DNA from: a virus
Length of the DNA: 64,000 bases
Strand: one strand, 5' to 3'
Virus record (IMG/VR): IMGVR_UViG_3300015360_000036
Span: 1 to 64,000 of that record
Shown here: positions 57,073 through 64,000 of the stretch, piece by piece
How positions within the stretch are numbered: position 1 is the first letter of the stretch
Layout: each line of letters begins with the position of its first letter
Program-made: the position numbers and the translations under genes
The notes under the pieces: model-generated
Databases searched by the model: none
Told to the model about the DNA's origin: nothing
The model's input: only the letters and a program-made list of their open reading frames with translations

Positions 57073-60039
57073 ATGACAGCACAAAAGAAGTCTAAATCCG
57101 AACAATATTTAGAAAATAGGTCTACAGTTCCACAAGTAAGCGCATTAATGGCGCAAGGCGTATCGCATGTTCGTAGGGATGGTATATCAAACGAAGTCGA
57201 TCAAGGCTTATTCAGAGATGGCTCTGGACCAACAGTCAAAGATAACGGATTAACAAGCAATTCAAATGTTTTGGCTTCTGTAGGTATCAAGAAAACTGCA
57301 CAAGTTGTAAGCGGTGGAGGCTATAGGGGCGCTGGTGATACTGTTAAACAGGCACCAGAAGTCTATTCACCATTATGGTTAAACAGTAACTTAAACTTAC
57401 CTCGTGATAGAGCTACCATCAATGCCTGGTGTCGTAGCTTTTATGCTTTAAACCCATTTGTACATAACGCTATTAACTTACATAGTACTTATCCAATAAG
57501 TAAGTTAAACATTAAATGCGCAAATAAAGATATAGAGAAGTTTTTCAATGATATGATTGAAGAAATTGATCTAATGAACATTTGCGTACAGATAGCACAA
57601 GAATATTGGCTACTAGGAGAATCATTCGTTTACGGAGAGCTTGATGAAAGTAAAGGTAAATGGAGTAGACTATTAATTCAAAATCCTGATTATATGATTG
57701 TTAAACGTACTGTAGTGGCTAATGAGCCTATAATAATGTTACGTCCAGATGAAAATCTAAAAACAATTGTAAAATCGAATAAACCAGCCGATATTGAACA
57801 ACGTAAACAATTAAATCAGCACATTATTGATTCAGTTAAGCGTGGCGAAAATATTCCATTAGATAACTTTCACGTCTCACATCTTGCTCGCAGAATCAGT
57901 CCTTACGAAATTAGAGGGACTGGTCTTCCTGTATGTATTTTTAGACAATTAATGCTCTTTGACAAGCTCCGCGAATGTTATTCGACTGATTGCGAGGTTC
58001 TAACAGATAGTGGGTTTAAGACAATAGATCAATTAGTTCATAAGACAACCTCTATTTCAATCAACCCTAACTATGTTAATGGTATTGAATTAGATGAGGA
58101 CGGTCAAGTATCATCTGTTCTTACTATGAAGGAAGATTTTAAAGTAGCTTGTGTAAATCAAGAAACAAATGAGATAGAGTATCATAAGCCAATTGAATTA
58201 CATATGTCGAAATATAATGGCAAAATGCTACATTTCGAAGGTAAAAAAATTGATACACTTGTTACACCAAATCATAAGATGTGGACTAAAGAGCAAACAA
58301 ATGGTAAGTGGGGAGAAATGAAAAAAATTCCCGCCTCTAAAATGTTAGAAAAGAAAAAATATTGGAAATTTAATTCCAAATCAAAATATGTTTCAAATGA
58401 CCATCCTGAAACAATTAGTGTTTTTGGATTTGATGTACCATCAGAATTATATATGAAAATTTTAGGATATGTAGTTTCGGAAGGTTGTATATATGAAAAT
58501 TTTGAAAATGGCAGATATGATACAAAAATTTTATTAAATCAACTTACATCAAGTGATTGTTTTGATGATATGAAGTCATCTTTTGAAGAATTTGCTAAAA
58601 GTTTAAACAAAAAAGCTACTTCTTATATTTCTACAAAAGGTTCTGGATATTCTAAAAATACTCCAAAGGAAAAATGGGAAAGCTGTATTCATGGGAAAGA
58701 TTTAACACAATATTTTAAAAATGAAATTGGTGTTAATGGCTCAACTATATCTCATGATAAACATTTGCCACGCTGGGTATTAAATTTATCACCCAATCTT
58801 CTAAAAATACTTTTAAATTCTTTATTGTTAGTTGATGGTTCAGAGTCTACAAGCAAATATGGGACTGATTCAAAATCTTTTAAGTATTCTACAATATCAA
58901 AACAATTGGCAAACGATGTCTATGAGTTAGTTTATAAATGTGGATATGTTCCAAATTTATGCGTATCTACTGCTAAAAAATCAGATGGTAGAATGGTGAC
59001 AGAATATATTGTATTATGGTCATCAACTGATTATGGTAATGAGCCATTGGTTTATACTGGTACAAAAAATGGGGGTGGTGCCTCTGTTAAAGAAATAGAT
59101 TATGATGGTGTAGTATGGTGTTTTGAAGTACCTACTGGTTTATTTATTACTAGAAGAAATGGCAAGATTTCTATTAATGGAAATAGTAAATATGCTCAGG
59201 CAGATAACATGATCAATCCTCTTACATTAGTAAAGATTGGTACTGAAGGAGCAGATGGTCAACATCCAGGGTTTGCTGATCTTGAAGCTTGGAGAGCTGT
59301 ATTCGAAGAAGCTCAATATGATAAAGATTTCAAAATCTTTACTCATCCAGGCGTAACCGTTGAAAGAGTAGGTTATGGTGCTGGTATCTATGACATTTCA
59401 GGTGATATTACTCAAATCATCAAAGAAATTTATGTAGGTTTACAAGTACCATCTGCATTGATGGATGGTGGAGCTGATACTACCTATGCTAATGCTGGTG
59501 TAGCTTTGGACGTATTACGTCAACGTTATATGCAATTCAGAAATATGATGTCAACTTGGTTAAAGAGAAAAGTTTTTGCACCAATTTCTAAGATCCAAGG
59601 CTTTTATGATTATTCTGGTGGTGAGAAACAATTAATTGTGCCAGACATTGACTGGAATCATATGGCTTTGTTTGATGCTGGTGACTATATTACAAATCTA
59701 GTGGCATTAACACAGGGTGAAGATGGTGCCAAAAGAGCTTCACTTCATACACTATATAGATCTATGGGTCTTGAGTTTGAAGATGAAGTTAGAAAGATGC
59801 GTAAGGAAACCATTCAATTAGCTATTGGCGCTAAGGAAAAGATTGCATTGGCATCTATGGATCTTAATGCGCTTCGTGCTCTTGATGAAGATGATGAAAT
59901 TCCAGAGCCAAAAGCGAATGCAGAGGGTGGAGCAGGAGGCTCGCCACCAGTTCCTGGTGAAGCACCACCAGGCGGTGAACCAGCATTACCTGGATTGGAT
60001 ATGGGTCTATCACCAGATGGACCTCCACCAGCACCTTAA
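57073..60039 (+). CDS. portal protein containing an intein
   Basis: immediately after terL; NPFVHNAI...YP, EYWLLGE, NPDY; acidic Pro-rich tail. Confidence 0.75.
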   Translation: MTAQKKSKSEQYLENRSTVPQVSALMAQGVSHVRRDGISNEVDQGLFRDGSGPTVKDNGLTSNSNVLASVGIKKTAQVVSGGGYRGAGDTVKQAPEVYSPLWLNSNLNLPRDRATINAWCRSFYALNPFVHNAINLHSTYPISKLNIKCANKDIEKFFNDMIEEIDLMNICVQIAQEYWLLGESFVYGELDESKGKWSRLLIQNPDYMIVKRTVVANEPIIMLRPDENLKTIVKSNKPADIEQRKQLNQHIIDSVKRGENIPLDNFHVSHLARRISPYEIRGTGLPVCIFRQLMLFDKLRECYSTDCEVLTDSGFKTIDQLVHKTTSISINPNYVNGIELDEDGQVSSVLTMKEDFKVACVNQETNEIEYHKPIELHMSKYNGKMLHFEGKKIDTLVTPNHKMWTKEQTNGKWGEMKKIPASKMLEKKKYWKFNSKSKYVSNDHPETISVFGFDVPSELYMKILGYVVSEGCIYENFENGRYDTKILLNQLTSSDCFDDMKSSFEEFAKSLNKKATSYISTKGSGYSKNTPKEKWESCIHGKDLTQYFKNEIGVNGSTISHDKHLPRWVLNLSPNLLKILLNSLLLVDGSESTSKYGTDSKSFKYSTISKQLANDVYELVYKCGYVPNLCVSTAKKSDGRMVTEYIVLWSSTDYGNEPLVYTGTKNGGGASVKEIDYDGVVWCFEVPTGLFITRRNGKISINGNSKYAQADNMINPLTLVKIGTEGADGQHPGFADLEAWRAVFEEAQYDKDFKIFTHPGVTVERVGYGAGIYDISGDITQIIKEIYVGLQVPSALMDGGADTTYANAGVALDVLRQRYMQFRNMMSTWLKRKVFAPISKIQGFYDYSGGEKQLIVPDIDWNHMALFDAGDYITNLVALTQGEDGAKRASLHTLYRSMGLEFEDEVRKMRKETIQLAIGAKEKIALASMDLNALRALDEDDEIPEPKANAEGGAGGSPPVPGEAPPGGEPALPGLDMGLSPDGPPPAP
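57976..59184 (+). mobile_element. intein with LAGLIDADG-type endonuclease (403 aa)
   Basis: N-terminal CYSTDCEVLT..GF, block B VTPNHKM, LGYVVSEG and LLLVDGS, C-terminal VWCFEVPTG..TRRNG..INGN followed by Ser. Confidence 0.92.
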
Positions 60040-60113
60040 TATACTTAGAATCAATTAGTATTTATGTATAATCTTGTATTGTTTACGAATTGAATATAAG
60101 TGAAGGGTTTACT

Positions 60114-61457
60114 ATGGAAAAATACGCTCAAAGAAATATTGGAGATAGAGCATCTGGCTTTATAAATAAAATTAAAGAGAAAACTAATATTGGAGGCATT
60201 GCTTCTGAAAATCTTTTTAATCCAAAATTCACAAAAATTATGAATACTCTTAGGGATGATGTAGATGATCCTATTAGAGCTATTTTATTTGGTGAAAAAA
60301 TTAATGAAGCTTCTCCTCCAGAAGGATTAGTTGGCGCCAAAACTTATCTAAGGAATGCCAAAGAGAATCTTGCAAAAAAGGAGTATATGAATACTCTTGG
60401 AAATATTGGCAAGTTTCATAAAAGCATGGAATTAATTACCAAGCGCTTATTATCTTTTAAAGGTAATGTTGATGATATTCATGAAGAATTCATTCAAAAA
60501 GATGTTGTTGATGATACTAAAGACGAGATAAGAAGATTGCAAGATCGTTATCTAAAAAGAAAACAACAAAAAGCAGCATCAGATAGAAATTCACTAATGA
60601 CTAAACGAGCTGGTATTATGGAGTTCTTAATAGGTAAAGAAAGAGGTATGGCTACTTGGGAGAAGTTATATCCAAAACAATTCAAAAGACTTAGAGAAGA
60701 TTTAGGTGTTCTATTAAAAGAATCTAATTCCTTATTTAATTTGACATTATCTAATCTTAAAGATATGGCTGGATTTAGAGGTGCTAGAAAAGTTGGTGAT
60801 TACATTACTTCTGGCGAAGTAATTGTCAAAGCTTATAATACATATGATACAAAGTTTGATACTTTGTTTGATACTCATAATGCATTGTTAGGTAAGATTA
60901 GCAGAAGTGTCCCTAAACCTGATGGTATTCCACCAACAGTAGATATGGTATCTGTGCCAGGTGATGCTCATCGATATGGTATTCCACCAACAGTAGATAT
61001 GGTATATGTGCCAGGTGATGCTCATCAATTTAGTGGACCAAACACTTCTCCAATGGCTTCCAGTCCAGTGACAATTAATCAACCACCTGCAAGTGGCGCA
61101 CATAATATTGGAGATAGACCAACAAGATTAAGCCCAGTAGTAGGTCCAGATGGTAAACCAAAAAGTGCGCCTCCACCAGTTTCAGTTGTAACGTTACAAC
61201 CAACGATTCCAGATCTAGGACCATTACCAAGTTTTCGTGATCCAACTTCAGTTCCTGATAATGCTAAGGTTCGTTTGGTTCCAAATTCAGTTCCAGTTTT
61301 GGGTCATAGGAAATTTATTGAATCATTGGAATCAATGAGTGGTGAACATCCATTGATTTTAGCTAAATTTATTTCTAAGTATGCTACATCGATACAAGGA
61401 AATGATCCAGATTCAGCAATTAAGCTATTTAAAATGGCAAAAAGCATTAGGGGTTAA
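60114..61457 (+). CDS. hypothetical head-module protein with Pro-rich region
   Basis: ATG 60114 (MEKYAQ) preferred. Confidence 0.6.
   Translation: MEKYAQRNIGDRASGFINKIKEKTNIGGIASENLFNPKFTKIMNTLRDDVDDPIRAILFGEKINEASPPEGLVGAKTYLRNAKENLAKKEYMNTLGNIGKFHKSMELITKRLLSFKGNVDDIHEEFIQKDVVDDTKDEIRRLQDRYLKRKQQKAASDRNSLMTKRAGIMEFLIGKERGMATWEKLYPKQFKRLREDLGVLLKESNSLFNLTLSNLKDMAGFRGARKVGDYITSGEVIVKAYNTYDTKFDTLFDTHNALLGKISRSVPKPDGIPPTVDMVSVPGDAHRYGIPPTVDMVYVPGDAHQFSGPNTSPMASSPVTINQPPASGAHNIGDRPTRLSPVVGPDGKPKSAPPPVSVVTLQPTIPDLGPLPSFRDPTSVPDNAKVRLVPNSVPVLGHRKFIESLESMSGEHPLILAKFISKYATSIQGNDPDSAIKLFKMAKSIRG
60922..61026 (+). repeat. 54-bp in-frame tandem duplication
   Basis: GIPPTVDMV(S/Y)VPGDAH encoded twice by near-identical DNA. 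Confidence 0.9.
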
Positions 61458-61459
61458 TC

Positions 61460-62737
61460 ATGCCTAATTTGACGCCTAACTTTTACGATAAGTTAGTTAA
61501 GATTACCTCTGAATTAGGTATGAAGCCTGAAGATTTACTTAATGTAATGGCTTTAGAATCTGGATTGAACCCAGCAGCCCATAATAAAAATGGAAATGCT
61601 TCTGGGTTAGTCCAGTTTATGCCAAGTACATTAAAAGGAATGGGCTATAAAGGTTCTCATGATGAATTTAGAGGTTTATCTGGTGAAGATCAACTTGACT
61701 ATGTAAAAAGACTTATTCAAGGCAATATGAAATTCAATGGTGGACCATTTACATCAGCTCCACAATACTATGTTGCTAATTTTTGGCCAGTTGGTCTTAA
61801 ATTGCCTGGAATTAAAGCGGGTGATGATGCCGCAGTAATTGTTGAAAAAAATCCTGAATCAGTAACTGCCATGAGTAAGGATAAAAAGAATCCAGGCGAA
61901 GTTCAGTATTCAAAAAAATATATGGATGTTGGATTTAGAATATCTGTTAAGTCAGAAATAGCTGCTTATAATGCTAATCCTGGTTTAGATACTGACAAAG
62001 ATGGTAAGATAACATTTGCTGATTTGAAAGTAGTTTTAAAAAGAGCTACAGGTGGAAAGAATTATCTAGCTGCTTTGGAAGCAATGAAAAATGCAACTGG
62101 ATATGAAGCAAAACCACAGGAACAAGTTGCAAGCAATGTGCGCAGTGTAAATACACAACCTGATAATGTACGTGATATAAGTACTGCTCCCAATAAACCA
62201 TCAGATCCAGGCAAATCCTGGTATAACCTACATGATAACCATAGTGATGGATTTAAAGGACTTATGATGCCAAACTCTACGGCTCCATCAGAAAATTATA
62301 ATATTGATACTATATTAAATTCATATGTATCACAAATAGCTGCATCAGAAAAAGTTAACAGAAGTCTTTACAATAAATTCCTACCAAAACAAAAATATTT
62401 AATACAAATACAGGCTTCAAATTATACTAATGCAGTAGAAGCTTCTAGAGTATTATCTGCTGCATTAGAGGAAGACTTACTGGCAACATCAACTGTATAT
62501 ACAAATGGTAATGAAGTTGAAATTGAATCTTCCATTCCTGGTCCAAGTAAGGAATGTTTTGCCGCATTAGTTGGAATTACGGAATCATTTGAAGATGCAT
62601 TTAAAATTGCAACAAAAAAAATAGGTGAAGTATCTATAAGTACTAATATCATTGTTAACGCCAAATCATCATATCCAGAAATAACGTTAAAAACCGCTGA
62701 AATTCAGCACAATAAATTTTTACTAAAATTTGTATAA
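61460..62737 (+). CDS. lytic transglycosylase (SLT-like) domain protein
   Basis: VMALESGLNPAAHN...ASGLVQFMPST, EDQLDYV, EF-hand-like DTDKDGKIT. Confidence 0.85.
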   Translation: MPNLTPNFYDKLVKITSELGMKPEDLLNVMALESGLNPAAHNKNGNASGLVQFMPSTLKGMGYKGSHDEFRGLSGEDQLDYVKRLIQGNMKFNGGPFTSAPQYYVANFWPVGLKLPGIKAGDDAAVIVEKNPESVTAMSKDKKNPGEVQYSKKYMDVGFRISVKSEIAAYNANPGLDTDKDGKITFADLKVVLKRATGGKNYLAALEAMKNATGYEAKPQEQVASNVRSVNTQPDNVRDISTAPNKPSDPGKSWYNLHDNHSDGFKGLMMPNSTAPSENYNIDTILNSYVSQIAASEKVNRSLYNKFLPKQKYLIQIQASNYTNAVEASRVLSAALEEDLLATSTVYTNGNEVEIESSIPGPSKECFAALVGITESFEDAFKIATKKIGEVSISTNIIVNAKSSYPEITLKTAEIQHNKFLLKFV

Positions 62738-62745
62738 GGAATACC

Positions 62746-63129
62746 ATGGTAACCGAAAAAGAAGTCATTGATGTAGTTGCTAGTTCTCAGGGATCTGGAA
62801 AAACATTTGCAGAATTTATAGCTGAAGTATTTAAAGGTAAATTCGTAGAAATATATGTAGGCGATTCTTATGAGGATATTAGTACTGAACAAGTATCAAT
62901 GTCATATCCTGCAACATTTTGTGGTAAAGTGATTTCTGCCTATAAAGAATGCTTAGTAATAAGCTGTGCTTTTTCTGGAGTTAATAGACCTACACAAATG
63001 GGTAAATTGTTATTCATAAGTGAAAGAGCTATTAGAGCTATGACAGAAGTAGATGAAAAGGGCGTTTTTGAAGATACTATGTTAAGAAGTAAAGATAGCT
63101 TATCCGTTAAAAAATCTTTTGGAGAATAA
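62746..63129 (+). CDS. hypothetical protein
   Basis: AAGGA RBS. Confidence 0.6.
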   Translation: MVTEKEVIDVVASSQGSGKTFAEFIAEVFKGKFVEIYVGDSYEDISTEQVSMSYPATFCGKVISAYKECLVISCAFSGVNRPTQMGKLLFISERAIRAMTEVDEKGVFEDTMLRSKDSLSVKKSFGE

Positions 63130-63743
63130 TGAATTCTATTGATGAACTATTGCTAATAACCGAAGCATTTGAAAAACAATGCAATGGTAGCCTTGTATCT
63201 TTAGCATTTGCTAAAGAAAAGAAGGAAGAATCAGTAATAGATTTATCTAAGGCTGATGACTTTACGTATTCAGCTATGATGCGTCAAATAAGAAAGAAGA
63301 CTTCCAAGGAACAAACTAAAGAGTTTTTAAGGTTATTTAAAGATTATTTTGATATAACTATCAAAGCAGGAATTCAGCAACCTGAAAAAATAGCATTAAA
63401 GAAAGCATTGGATGAATTTGGCAAAAAATATAAACTTAAGTTAGACGATGAACTAATTAAGAATGCGGCGGTAACTGAATTAGGTAATCCAGTTCTTGTT
63501 GGAAAGTATTTATCTGATATTATTAGATTTACGCTCAATAGAATATCTCCTGAAAGAAGACCTAAATCAATTAATACAGTAAAACAAAAAATATATGCTT
63601 TGAATGAAAATGAAATTTCAACAAAGAATTTACCAGCATCTTCATCTATGGGGCAATCAATAACATTCGTTAAGACAATTCTATTTAATCATAATGCTAA
63701 ATATATTAGAAGTGTCATAAATAATATAGTGAGAAACCTATGA
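63129..63743 (+). CDS. hypothetical protein
   Basis: coupled ORF; LIKNAA motif. Confidence 0.6.
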   Translation: MNSIDELLLITEAFEKQCNGSLVSLAFAKEKKEESVIDLSKADDFTYSAMMRQIRKKTSKEQTKEFLRLFKDYFDITIKAGIQQPEKIALKKALDEFGKKYKLKLDDELIKNAAVTELGNPVLVGKYLSDIIRFTLNRISPERRPKSINTVKQKIYALNENEISTKNLPASSSMGQSITFVKTILFNHNAKYIRSVINNIVRNL

Positions 63744-64000
63744 TACTTAGATTTAATGTTATTACATCAGGTCTTTATAGGGGGAGTGCTCCAAAGCCAC
63801 AAGATGTAGTTGTTTTGCATGATAAGTACGATATAAAAAAAATAGTAAGTCTTGATCAAGCTTCGGGAGACAATATCAGTAAAGCTTGTAAAATGCTGGG
63901 TATTAAACAGGTAATGTTACCATTAGTTTTTAGTAAGGCATCATTGCTTGAATTGCTTTCTTATGATTTGAAAGATTTACTTATTAGTGGTGGACCAACG
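63740..64000 (+). CDS. dual-specificity/tyrosine phosphatase-like protein (runs off the window)
   Basis: manual translation MILRFNVITSGLYRGSAP...DIKKIVSLD...GGPT; the HCxxGxxR motif would lie beyond the edge. Confidence 0.65.
   Translation, partial: MILRFNVITSGLYRGSAPKPQDVVVLHDKYDIKKIVSLDQASGDNISKACKMLGIKQVMLPLVFSKASLLELLSYDLKDLLISGGPT

Noticed and set aside
44773-60113. xATA-N6-(C/T)AT late-promoter-like pattern before structural genes
   Set aside because: Seen in a few gaps but too AT-rich and degenerate to separate from background by eye
247-62892. Numerous minus-strand and alternate-frame ORFs in the track
   Set aside because: They are shadows of well-supported + strand genes, with no recognisable motifs
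1-64000. Bacterial chromosome origin (dnaE, recA, topA, tig, clpP)
   Set aside because: Terminase/portal module, gp46/47-like pair, dNMP kinase, homing endonucleases, single-strand gene packing and divergent host-like genes indicate a large phage
1-64000. tRNA, rRNA or tmRNA genes
   Set aside because: Intergenic gaps are short and none shows a cloverleaf with a T-loop consensus

Overview
A gene-dense, AT-rich, almost entirely + strand segment of a large (jumbo/huge) tailed-phage genome read with the standard code (TAA, TAG and TGA all end genes). About 1-43.8 kb holds replication, recombination and host-takeover genes: TopA, FtsK motor, SbcCD, Cas4/RecB-like nuclease, DnaE, RecA, SSB, RuvC, a primase split into two genes, HU, DksA/TraR and sigma-like proteins. 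It also holds a large translation/proteostasis set: ribosomal protein bS21, trigger factor, peptide deformylase fused to SEC-C, DnaJ, a ClpP pair, an AAA ATPase, an M41-like peptidase and a thioredoxin-fold protein. About 43.8-64 kb is a head/packaging module: large terminase, intein-containing portal, lytic transglycosylase, a CCA-like nucleotidyltransferase and many hypothetical proteins. The most notable observations are: (1) a ClpP pair whose first copy has lost all three catalytic residues (ClpR-like); (2) a recurring K-x-A motif in head-module proteins, a candidate maturation-protease or targeting signal; (3) RNA structures that bury the RBS/AUG of several genes, including a two-state switch in the recA leader; (4) an IS607-type HTH protein without its recombinase, preceded by palindromic operator-like sites; (5) apparently split primase and sigma-like functions; (6) an internally deleted mini-paralog of a TerS-like gene. 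No tRNA, rRNA or CRISPR array was recognised. All family calls come from motif recognition by eye; no database searches or folding programs were run.
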